A DNA stretch of 25,614 nt from NCBI GenBank assembly GCA_050014495.1, contig JBEKDF010000039.1, forward strand, positions 1 to 25,614, in the 5' to 3' direction. The number at the start of each line of letters is the position of its first letter. The stretch's first letter is position 1. Under the pieces are notes generated by a model. That model ran no database searches. It was not told the origin of the DNA and saw nothing but the letters and a program-made list of their open reading frames with translations. Origin of the DNA: Candidatus Bathyarchaeia archaeon (lineage in GTDB: Archaea; Thermoproteota; Bathyarchaeia; TCS64). This document shows, piece by piece, positions 16,034-24,334 of this stretch. The position numbers and the translations under genes were made by a program.

Positions 16034-17290
16034 ATGGTAACTGAGTTTAGATTACCTGATCTAGGAGAGGGTATAACCGAGGGAGAGGTTAGGAAGTGGC
16101 TCATCAAAGAGGGTGACTCAGTCAAGAGAGATCAGTCACTCGCCGAGGTCGAGACCGACAAGGCCGTTGTCGAGATGCCGTCTCCAGCCGAGGGAAAGAT
16201 CCTCAAGATACATCACCCCGAGGGCGGGGTAGTCAAGGTCGGTGAGATCCTTGTCACGATCGGTGCTGAGGGAGAGACCGCTGGTATCCCCGAGGTAAGG
16301 AAACCATCGGTATCTGTTGTAGGAGAGCTACCTGAAGCCCCCGAGGAGAAATTATCCGAAGCTCCAATAATCAAACCGATCCAAGCAACTGAGCAAGAGA
16401 AAGCCATCCTCGCTCTCCCAGCTATACGCCGCCTAGCTGAGGAGCTTGGGGTAGACCTTGCCTCGATAAAAGGGTCAGGCCCAAATGGAAGAATAACTGA
16501 AGATGATGTACGAGGATCCAAGGAAACCCTCAAGGTATCTCGTCCTAGGATAGTTCCAAAGTTCGACGTTTATGGTTATGTAGAGAGAAAACCTATCCGA
16601 GGTATAAGGCGAACCACCGCGAAGAGGATGGTCGAGTCCTTAGCTAAGGCAGCTCAGGTTACTGCGATGGACCTTGTAGACATGACGGAACTCGTTGCAC
16701 TACGAGAACGGGAGAAGGTGACCCTCAAGGATGCCAAGGGAATACACCTCACATACATGCCATTCATCATCAAAGCTGTAGTGGAGGCTCTCAAGGAAAC
16801 CCCGATCATGAACTCCTCATACGACGAAGACTTAGAGGAAGTGATCATCAAGAAGTACTACAACTTAGGCTACGCTGTAGCCACCGAGGAAGGTTTACTT
16901 GTCCCAGTCGTCAAAGGAGCCGACCAGAAAAGCATAGTGGAGCTCGCCGAGGAAGTCGAGAGACTCACCGAGCTTTCCAACTCAAGGAAGATCGACTTAG
17001 GAGACTTGAAGGGTGGCACATTCACCATTACCAACTATGGTGTTTTCGGTGGAACCTATGGAACGCCCATAATAAACTACCCCGAGGTAGCGATTCTTGG
17101 AACAGGCAAGATAACCGACACGCCCCTAGTCATTGGAACAGAGATTAAGATAAGAAAAGTAATGTACATCAGTCTATCCTTCGACCACAGAGTCATGGAT
17201 GGCGCAGACGCAGCTAAATTCCTCAACAGCCTAAAGAAGTACCTCGAAGATCCCGAACTCCTACTCATCTCGATGGAGAGCGCTGGGTAA
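16034..17290 (+). CDS. pdhC: Dihydrolipoamide acyltransferase (E2) of the 2-oxoacid dehydrogenase complex
   Basis: One lipoyl domain (EVETDKAVVE), a peripheral subunit-binding domain (PAIRRLAEELGVDL..IKGSGPNGRI) and catalytic FDHRVMDG. RBS GGTGA before ATG 16034. Confidence 0.95.
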   Translation: MVTEFRLPDLGEGITEGEVRKWLIKEGDSVKRDQSLAEVETDKAVVEMPSPAEGKILKIHHPEGGVVKVGEILVTIGAEGETAGIPEVRKPSVSVVGELPEAPEEKLSEAPIIKPIQATEQEKAILALPAIRRLAEELGVDLASIKGSGPNGRITEDDVRGSKETLKVSRPRIVPKFDVYGYVERKPIRGIRRTTAKRMVESLAKAAQVTAMDLVDMTELVALREREKVTLKDAKGIHLTYMPFIIKAVVEALKETPIMNSSYDEDLEEVIIKKYYNLGYAVATEEGLLVPVVKGADQKSIVELAEEVERLTELSNSRKIDLGDLKGGTFTITNYGVFGGTYGTPIINYPEVAILGTGKITDTPLVIGTEIKIRKVMYISLSFDHRVMDGADAAKFLNSLKKYLEDPELLLISMESAG

Positions 17291-17303
17291 CTTCAGATTC
17301 AGC

Positions 17304-17594
17304 TCATCCACTCGCCCAGGTCTTAAGCTTCTCCAGGGACACCATCCCACATACCGCGTTGCCTGTTTTCTCGTTATAGAACGCTGGGACGCCGAGGTCC
17401 CCCCCACACGCCTTCTTTATTACTTCCCCGTAACCACGCATCACCTTTGCGTTATCCTCACTATGCCAAACCTCTAGCTCCGTTATTTTCTTCCCCGTTT
17501 CGGCCTCGAACTGTTCGACCACCGGGCGAAGCCGCTTACAGTGAACACACTCCTTTCCGCTGAACCAGATCAGACGATCAACTGAGCCACTCAT
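17304..17594 (-). CDS. Thioredoxin/glutaredoxin-like protein
   Basis: CVHC motif and GVP cis-Pro loop, 96 aa. ATGA overlap with the upstream FTR gene. Confidence 0.88.
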   Translation of the reverse strand: MSGSVDRLIWFSGKECVHCKRLRPVVEQFEAETGKKITELEVWHSEDNAKVMRGYGEVIKKACGGDLGVPAFYNEKTGNAVCGMVSLEKLKTWASG

Positions 17595-18055
17595 TGTTCA
17601 TCCCTCTTAACGTATAATCCACACCAACACTCACCGCGTTCGGCGTATGTCTGTTGTACTTGGAAGTTGCAGGGACAAATAAGCTTAAGATCTTGGATGA
17701 AATCCCCCTGTGCCAGCCTACAGGGGCAATATCTAAGTCCATGGGCTTTTTGATTCGATAAAACTCCTTCGGCAAGTCCTTCAACCATTTCCTTGTCCTC
17801 GACAAGTTTGTACTCGTCACTGATCTTCGCGAATCCCTTCCAAGCCTCAATTATGGCGCCAGTCGATGTAAGTGCCCCTCCTCTGTCGCCTATTATCTTA
17901 AGCGCTTCATCCCTGTCGACTTGTACAAAGGCTCCTCGGGCTCCACATGTGGGACATATGAGGGGTGGACCAGCTCCGTAATGAAGGTCGTTGCAGACGT
18001 GACACCTCCAGAGGCGTTTCACACTGATATCATACTCTTTCTTCAAGACACTCAT
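17591..18055 (-). CDS. Rubredoxin-like domain fused to a ferredoxin-thioredoxin reductase catalytic domain
   Basis: WRCHVC...CPTCG metal knuckles, then YCPCR, ICPCNF and ECWCGLYV FTR motifs. RBS GGAG before ATG 18055. Confidence 0.9.
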   Translation of the reverse strand: MSVLKKEYDISVKRLWRCHVCNDLHYGAGPPLICPTCGARGAFVQVDRDEALKIIGDRGGALTSTGAIIEAWKGFAKISDEYKLVEDKEMVEGLAEGVLSNQKAHGLRYCPCRLAQGDFIQDLKLICPCNFQVQQTYAERGECWCGLYVKRDEQ

Positions 18056-18221
18056 ATCAACAACTCCATTGTAATTGATCTTAATTCTCAGGTTAATTCT
18101 GAAAATCGTAATGGAAAAACCTACGTCTTTTCCTACTAAAAAAAGTGATAAGGAATGATTGATGTTCACGGATTCCCACAAGATAAACGAGAGATTCCTC
18201 TGAAATCTCCGGAGTGATTAG

Positions 18222-18863
18222 ATGTTCGCCGACAGGTATGACGCCGGGACTCAACTTGGCTTGGCTCTATCTCGGTACCGAGGGCGTCCTGACGTAATAG
18301 TCATCGGAATCCCGAGAGGTGGAGTCATTGTGGCAAGTGAAGTAGCTAGACTCCTAGCCGCTCCACTCGAGGTAGTTATCATTAAGAAACTGGGATACCC
18401 TGGGAACCCTGAACTCGCCCTAGGAGCCGCGAGCCCAGATGCCTTCTTCCTCAACGAAGACCTAGCAAAATCTGTCCCGAAAACCTACATCGACGAGGAA
18501 GTCAAGGAGAAGCAGCGAGAAGCCCGTGAACGCGTATCCCTCCTGAAGGGTAGCCACAAACCAATCAATGTCACCGGTAAGACAGTAATAGTCGTGGATG
18601 ATGGGGTCGCAACTGGCGCCTCAATGATGATGGCTATCAGGGTCATCAGAAACATGAAACCAGCATCGATAGTCGTCGCCGTCCCTGTGGCTCCGCCAGA
18701 CACCGTCAAAGAGCTGAAGGAAGTTGCAGACGACGTAGTCGCGATCATGCAGCCATTTGACTTCTTCGCGATCGGTCAGTTTTACTCAGACTTTACACAG
18801 GTCTCGGATGAGGAGACGATAAATGCCCTAGAGGGAGGGCGAGGTTCACGGGCGACTCTGTAG
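18222..18863 (+). CDS. Phosphoribosyltransferase family protein
   Basis: FADRYDAG, GIPRGGV, the PRPP-binding motif VIVVDDGVATGAS and AIGQFY.DF.QVSD. Confidence 0.93.
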   Translation: MFADRYDAGTQLGLALSRYRGRPDVIVIGIPRGGVIVASEVARLLAAPLEVVIIKKLGYPGNPELALGAASPDAFFLNEDLAKSVPKTYIDEEVKEKQREARERVSLLKGSHKPINVTGKTVIVVDDGVATGASMMMAIRVIRNMKPASIVVAVPVAPPDTVKELKEVADDVVAIMQPFDFFAIGQFYSDFTQVSDEETINALEGGRGSRATL

Positions 18864-19480
18864 CCATCACCTCCGGAAACATCAGGTTACTCGGAGAGTA
18901 CAATGCGCCATCTGAGGCAACCGGGATGATACTCTTCGCACACGGAAGTGGAAGCGGCAGACTCAGCCCAAGAAACAACCAGGTAGCGAATCGCTTCAAC
19001 CAAGCCGGTTACTCAACACTCCTCATAGATCTCCTCACAGAGGAGGAGGCGGCTAAGGACTCCTACACGATGGAGTATCGTTTCGACGTCCGACTACTAG
19101 CATCGAGACTCATACTAGCGGCTGAATGGCTCAAAACAAGATATCAACAGCCCCTCGGATACTATGGAGCAAGCACAGGGGCATCAGCCGCGCTCATCGC
19201 TGCAGCTGAAAGACCCGAGATGGTATCCGCAATAGTGTCAAGAGGAGGCAGACCGGACCTAGCTGGACCGAGCCTGCCCAATGTCAAGGCCCCAACTCTC
19301 CTCATAGTTGGTGGACTCGACGGTGAAGTACTCGAGTTAAACAAGGAGGCTCAGAGGCGGATGAAGGCGATAACAGATCTCGAGGTTGTGGAGGGTGCGA
19401 CTCACCTCTTCGAGGAGCCTGGAAAGCTTGAGGAAGTTGCTAAACTCTCTATATTATGGTTCTCGAAGTACCTCAAGTAA
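18848..19480 (+). CDS. Dienelactone hydrolase family alpha/beta hydrolase
   Basis: FAHGSGSGRLSPRN, the nucleophile elbow YGASTG, SRGGRPDL and GATHLFEEPG. The first canonical start is ATG 18926, but family-like sequence extends upstream to ACG 18848, which follows GGAGG. Confidence 0.88.
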   Translation, partial: TGDSVAITSGNIRLLGEYNAPSEATGMILFAHGSGSGRLSPRNNQVANRFNQAGYSTLLIDLLTEEEAAKDSYTMEYRFDVRLLASRLILAAEWLKTRYQQPLGYYGASTGASAALIAAAERPEMVSAIVSRGGRPDLAGPSLPNVKAPTLLIVGGLDGEVLELNKEAQRRMKAITDLEVVEGATHLFEEPGKLEEVAKLSILWFSKYLK

Positions 19481-19570
19481 TTACTGAAGAACTTGATCTC
19501 TCTCATATGCTTTCAACCTCGCCCTAAAATCAGATACAATTATATCGCCTAACCCCAACGAGAAACCAAC

Positions 19571-20290
19571 ATGGCTAGAACAGAGAAAGAAATAATCGAG
19601 AGACTCGAAAAGATCGACACTCCAACAATAAGTAACGTCGTGGCCACCTATCCCCGCTCCGACAACTGCATGAAGCTCTACGATGCTTGGTATGGGGAAT
19701 GGTACACCGACTCAACAATCCATTGCGTTTACCCCGAGATGGGGCCCAAGGTCGGCTACGTCGCGACAGTCGTGTTCTGTGAACGCTCAGAGAAATTCAC
19801 TGGCATGGGCAGATGGGTTCTCCCCGAACACATCGACCAGACCAAGAAACCCATAGTCCTCGTGGCTGAGCAACAGTTCCCAAGAGAACTTGATAATAGA
19901 GTCGGCTTATTCGGAGAGATAATGACCACACAATACAAGGCCTTGGGGGTAATAGGCGTCATAACAAACGGCCCCATGAGAGACATAGACGCGATAAAAC
20001 CCCTCAACTTCCAATACTACTCAACAGGGGTCACTCCCGGACATGGTGACTTCATAGTCAAGGCAGTAGGGGTACCAGTCAAAGTCGGTGGTATGACCGT
20101 TATGCCCGGGGACATGGTCCATATGGACATGCACGGGGCTGTCAAGTTCCCCGCTGATAAGATGGGGGAAGTCCTCGAGCGAGCGGAGAAACTACTCGAA
20201 TCCGAGGGTGCTACAATGAAGATCTACAAGGATCCAGAGTTCAGCTTAAAGAAATGGAAGCAAACCATAGAAGGAAACAAGACCTATTGA
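19571..20290 (+). CDS. RraA / HMG aldolase family protein
   Basis: DTPTISN, VGYVAT, FGEIMT, GVITNGPMRD and VGGMTVMPGDMVHMDMHG. Confidence 0.88.
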   Translation: MARTEKEIIERLEKIDTPTISNVVATYPRSDNCMKLYDAWYGEWYTDSTIHCVYPEMGPKVGYVATVVFCERSEKFTGMGRWVLPEHIDQTKKPIVLVAEQQFPRELDNRVGLFGEIMTTQYKALGVIGVITNGPMRDIDAIKPLNFQYYSTGVTPGHGDFIVKAVGVPVKVGGMTVMPGDMVHMDMHGAVKFPADKMGEVLERAEKLLESEGATMKIYKDPEFSLKKWKQTIEGNKTY

Positions 20291-20300
20291 GGTATGTGCG

Positions 20301-21287
20301 ATGAAAGTACTATTCGTAGCAGGCCGCTGGGCCCAGGATATTCAAAACTCCAAGAGACTCAAGGAACTTAGAAAAATAGTCGACGTGGAGATATCCGAGA
20401 TAGGAGACGAGAATACTCTCCTGAGCAAGATAAATGGTGTCGACGTCATCATAACAGGAGGCCCAATCACGGCCCCCGTGATCAATGCAGCTGATAAACT
20501 GAAAATGATCCAGACCACAAGCGTCGGTTACGAGTACATTGATGAAGCTGCTGCATCAGCTAATGGAGTAATAATCTGTAACGTGGCTGGCGTAAACGCG
20601 AACAGCGTCGTCGAGCTCGCTTTTGGTATGATCCTCGACATAGCCAGAAGAATAACGGCCCATAATCGCCTGATGCGTGACGGTGGCTGGGCCCGCGTCG
20701 ACATCGAAAGACAGGTCGAGATCAGAAACAGCACCATCGGAATAATAGGACTAGGAGCCATCGGTAGCAGGATGGCCCAGTTCGCCAAACTAGCCTTCAA
20801 CATGAATATTCTCACATACGACCCATACATAACGGAGGCGAGAGCCCAACAATTCAACGCTGAACTCGTCGACCTAGAAACCCTACTTAAGAAATCCGAT
20901 ATAGTCACAGTTCACGTCCCATTGAATGAGGAGACACGCCACATGATCGGCGAAAAGGAGCTGAGTCTACTCAAGCCCACAGCTATATTCGTCTCAACCG
21001 CGAGGGGGCCGGTAGTCGATGAAAAAGCCCTCATCAAGGTCCTACAAGGGAAGCGCATTAGTGGCGCTTGTCTCGATGTTTACGAGGTTGAACCTCTCCC
21101 AAAGGATAGTCCGTTAAGAACTCTTGACAACATTACACTAGTCCCACACATAGGCAGCACACCTGGAATTATGGTCCAGATGCGCGAAACAGCTGTTTGG
21201 AACGTCATCAGAGTTGCGAAAGGACAGTCACCAATGAACATCCAGACACTCAAACTCTACTATACAAGTCATAAATGGCAAAAATAG
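20301..21287 (+). CDS. D-isomer-specific 2-hydroxyacid dehydrogenase (PGDH/glyoxylate reductase-like, no ACT domain)
   Basis: GIIGLGAIG Rossmann motif, YDP (NAD-type), and the TARG / DVYEVEP / PHIG catalytic Arg-Glu-His. Confidence 0.93.
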   Translation: MKVLFVAGRWAQDIQNSKRLKELRKIVDVEISEIGDENTLLSKINGVDVIITGGPITAPVINAADKLKMIQTTSVGYEYIDEAAASANGVIICNVAGVNANSVVELAFGMILDIARRITAHNRLMRDGGWARVDIERQVEIRNSTIGIIGLGAIGSRMAQFAKLAFNMNILTYDPYITEARAQQFNAELVDLETLLKKSDIVTVHVPLNEETRHMIGEKELSLLKPTAIFVSTARGPVVDEKALIKVLQGKRISGACLDVYEVEPLPKDSPLRTLDNITLVPHIGSTPGIMVQMRETAVWNVIRVAKGQSPMNIQTLKLYYTSHKWQK

Positions 21288-21647
21288 CATCTTCACAACC
21301 AAAAAATAACATGATAAATAACCCCTTCAATCCTAACCCTTATCCCCAACCCAAACACACATACCACTTTCTCTACAATCAAACATAAACAAACATGCAT
21401 GCAATGTAGGGTCAGCTTGGGAAGATGATGTCTATTTCCGCGATCAGCCTCACCATCCAACCCTTGTTGGGAACACCCCAAACCAGTTCGAGAGGATACT
21501 CGTTACTGGGTAGAGCCTTTCCATCCATCTTTAGTGAGTAAGATATCATTAATCATCTTTACACTGGCTGAGGCTAAGTCGCGTGCGCGGGTAATCCTCC
21601 CTATTGTCTGCCCGTTGGGTCTGGATGAAAATGGTAGAACCTCATAT

Positions 21648-22247
21648 CTATCCATCCTTGTAGACCTGCATTACTCCCCCATGGATGTCCTTATTCCGTT
21701 CGTAATTAGAATAAAGTTTGAAATCATGCTTGAGAAACTCATCGGTTATATAGGTACTGTGGGTTTCTAGAACAATCTTACCCTTAATTTCATCCAGATA
21801 CGGAATCATCTTTATCTCATGACCCTCCATGTCGAACTTGCGTAAATCAAAGTCACTAAACAGGTCATGGGTTTCGAACCCACGTATCTCGTATGTCAAT
21901 CTAGGTTCTAGTTCGCTATTATACTTGAGATATTTTTCACATTCTGGGTTTATCTCTATAACATGAACAGATTTAACTCCTCTATCCAGAAAACCCTTGG
22001 CATCTTCTCCACAACCACCTCCGACACTTAGAACCCTTAAACCCTTTACATCAAAAGCACGATAATAACCCCAAGAATCGACTTCGTTGAGATAGAGAAC
22101 TCCATACTCAAGATCGAACCGCCAGCCGTCAATCTCCAGATAATCGCCCCTATACGCTTTAAGGAACTGGGGTATCTTCTTTAATCTAAGGTTTGAGCCA
22201 TCGACAAAAACCCTTATCGGAACTTTGAGGGAAACTTTGAACGTTAT
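21648..22247 (-). CDS. FkbM-like class I SAM-dependent methyltransferase, probable non-canonical ATA start (199 aa)
   Basis: Frame is open from 22277 to the stop at 21648. It contains DVKGLRVLSVGGGCGE (motif I), VHVIEINP and KFDMEGHE...IVLETH. AGGTG lies 7 nt before ATA 22247, and TATATAA is at 22293-22299. The ORF track shows only the last 83 aa. Confidence 0.75.
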   Translation of the reverse strand: MTFKVSLKVPIRVFVDGSNLRLKKIPQFLKAYRGDYLEIDGWRFDLEYGVLYLNEVDSWGYYRAFDVKGLRVLSVGGGCGEDAKGFLDRGVKSVHVIEINPECEKYLKYNSELEPRLTYEIRGFETHDLFSDFDLRKFDMEGHEIKMIPYLDEIKGKIVLETHSTYITDEFLKHDFKLYSNYERNKDIHGGVMQVYKDG

Positions 22248-22612
22248 TTTATCACACCTATACGTCGTGCGCGCTGGTCAATTTGTAAAGAATTATATAT
22301 TTTATCCAGGGATAAATTCCAGTCAATGCCAATTGATTTTATTATTTCTCCCTTTAATGTCCCCCAATGTTTGGGTGCTGATATAATCTCGTTGAGATTC
22401 TTTGAAATATTCAAACCAAATCAAAATCTATATCTGATTTAATAAGTGTAATAGATTGTTAATCTGTTTCAAAAATTAACTATGAGAACACTTACATAGT
22501 TCTTACGAGAGCATTGAATTTAAAAAGATCAAATTAAAAATGCTGAAGGATATGGGGATAGAATGCGCACTTTTTAGAGAAAGCAGGAGAGTATAGGAGA
22601 GAGTAGGGAAGA

Positions 22613-22628
22613 GCGTGCGCGCACACAC
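22613..22628. repeat. Longest copy of a dispersed intergenic alternating purine-pyrimidine motif (CGTGCGCG-like)
   Basis: GCGTGCGCGCACACAC. Related copies at 5091, 5216, 10870, 10984, 11311, 11343, 21580, 22266 and 25429. Confidence 0.5.
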
Positions 22629-22632
22629 TAAC

Positions 22633-23544
22633 CTATCCAGCAAGATGTTGGAGAAGTATAAGACTCGAGACGACGTACCCTAGGATGGCCCCACTGCATA
22701 GAAATGGAAGACCCGCCTGAGGTTTCCCCCTCGCTACGAAAATAGAGAGAACAATAAAGCCGATGAGTGTACCTATCATAACCGAGGCTGCTATCGGTAG
22801 GCCAGCAGCGCCTAGGGCCCCATAGACTGAAACTACTAAGCAACCAGGGATCACGAGGTCTCCCAACCCCATGTAAAAGGCATTCCGCTCTCCACCAGGC
22901 GGCGGGGCTTCTTTCTGAATCTTGATATCCCTGGACTCCTTGTAATCTAACCCTTTAGGCACAATCACCATGAGTGGAAGTCCAGAGTTCAAGATTGCCT
23001 CAGCGAGGGTTAGCATGTGGCCAGTCTTGTAAACAGCTATCGCATCGTAGATGGCTAAACCGATTAGGAGCACCGATACTAAGGGTGGGCTTAGACTTAT
23101 CCCGAGCACCGTCGTCGAGACAGCGCCTAATAGTAGGGCCGCAGCGTCGATCATATACCACCTCTGCCATTTAACGAGTGCCACGATAAGAGCAAGAGAG
23201 CCAACCAACGAGATGACTGTGGCTAAGGGATCGTCTACTAAGAACAATACAAGCGAGTAGAGTGTCGAGAATATTGAGAACCATATAGTCCCAGTGAGTA
23301 CCCATCTCACGAACTTCCCTCCTCGGAATCTCGCCAGTGCAAGAATAAGACCCGTAGTTATCAGCATCGTGACTACGAAGTATACGATGTCTAGGGGATC
23401 CCCCGAGTCTGTGTATGCGAAGAGTCCAGCATAGCTAAAGGGAGAGACGAGTAAGAGTGCCAAAAGGTCAACGACTAAAAACAGTCCACCCATGGCAAAG
23501 AAGGGTACCAGGCTCGATAACGAGACAACTCTGCGCGTAGCCAC
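22633..23544 (-). CDS. Presenilin-like / signal peptide peptidase GxGD intramembrane aspartyl protease
   Basis: LAIYDAIAV, YMGLGD and PQAGLPFL with about nine TM segments. Start uncertain: GTG 23544 chosen, frame open to 23634. Confidence 0.93.
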   Translation of the reverse strand: MATRRVVSLSSLVPFFAMGGLFLVVDLLALLLVSPFSYAGLFAYTDSGDPLDIVYFVVTMLITTGLILALARFRGGKFVRWVLTGTIWFSIFSTLYSLVLFLVDDPLATVISLVGSLALIVALVKWQRWYMIDAAALLLGAVSTTVLGISLSPPLVSVLLIGLAIYDAIAVYKTGHMLTLAEAILNSGLPLMVIVPKGLDYKESRDIKIQKEAPPPGGERNAFYMGLGDLVIPGCLVVSVYGALGAAGLPIAASVMIGTLIGFIVLSIFVARGKPQAGLPFLCSGAILGYVVSSLILLQHLAG

Positions 23545-23839
23545 AAGCCCTAAACTGCAACCACTCCTTATTGACCTTACGGAGCAGATTCCCTCGTATG
23601 CGCCGGTATCATCGTGGAAAGCGTAAAGGATCACATCGATGCATTGAATACACGTAATTCTTTTGTATTCTACAAAAACTACATTAAACTATCCCTATTT
23701 AATAAAAAAAGTAATATTGTAATTAAATATTTTCAAATTATAAATTGATAACTTTCTAAATAAAAATAGTCTATTTAACGCGAAACATCCTCATCATCAT
23801 ATGTAATATTAATAAAGTAACATTCCTCAAACATCTTAG

Positions 23840-24178
23840 ATGATTTCAAACTGCCACAATGATTTCTGCCTCTTCCAGCACGAGAATGGGTGCACAGAGT
23901 GCAGAGTATGCGCCTATTGTGGCACCTCAATAGATAACGCTGGACCAAACCCTATGTGGATGAATGCGTCCATCAACTCTTTACTCGACACCTACAAGAC
24001 AACGGTCCCAACATGCATGAGCTGCAAGACCTCGAAGGAGTCTCTCAAACTAAAAGATTGGCTATCTAAGATAAAGCGAACCGACCCAGAACATTACGAG
24101 ATGATCTTAAGATATCACAGTTCTCTCAATAACACGATTAGCCTCATCTTAAAGAGAAATAATTCAGATTCTAAATAA
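23840..24178 (+). CDS. Cys-rich Zn-finger protein, degenerate HNH-like
   Basis: CHNDFC, CTEC, CAYCG and VPTCMSCKTSK...LKDWL. AT-rich promoter region upstream. Confidence 0.7.
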   Translation: MISNCHNDFCLFQHENGCTECRVCAYCGTSIDNAGPNPMWMNASINSLLDTYKTTVPTCMSCKTSKESLKLKDWLSKIKRTDPEHYEMILRYHSSLNNTISLILKRNNSDSK

Positions 24179-24334
24179 GTATAAACGATTTGTACATTGA
24201 CGAATTGTAGATTTTTCCTTCATCTAGAAGTGTTAAACGGATATTCCTCGTTTTCTGACCCTTTTTTCTCATTAATTAATGACAGTCTCAGTCTGAAGCT
24301 AAAGACATAATAAAAAGGCGATTCTTAGTTTGTT

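Noticed and set aside
18861..18929. Amber (pyrrolysine) readthrough of the PRTase TAG into the hydrolase
   Set aside because: Readthrough stays in a different frame from the hydrolase and meets TGA at 18927-18929.
352..20908. Many 60-180 aa ORFs antisense to or nested in the assigned genes (e.g. 447-848, 5955-6431, 7636-8184, 15573-15923, 20528-20908)
   Set aside because: They are shadow ORFs fully overlapping genes with strong family motifs.
21293..21481. 62-aa minus-strand ORF
   Set aside because: It arises from the compositionally skewed tract, with no motif or convincing start.
21867..21883. tRNA T-arm look-alike on the minus strand (GTGGG-TTCGAAA-CCCAT)
   Set aside because: No matching acceptor, D or anticodon stems were found, and it lies inside the methyltransferase frame (RGFETH).
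21290..24330. Possible integrated mobile element (AT-rich spacers, methyltransferase, HNH-like gene)
   Set aside because: No integrase, transposase, terminal repeats or att site was seen, and a housekeeping-type presenilin gene sits in the middle.
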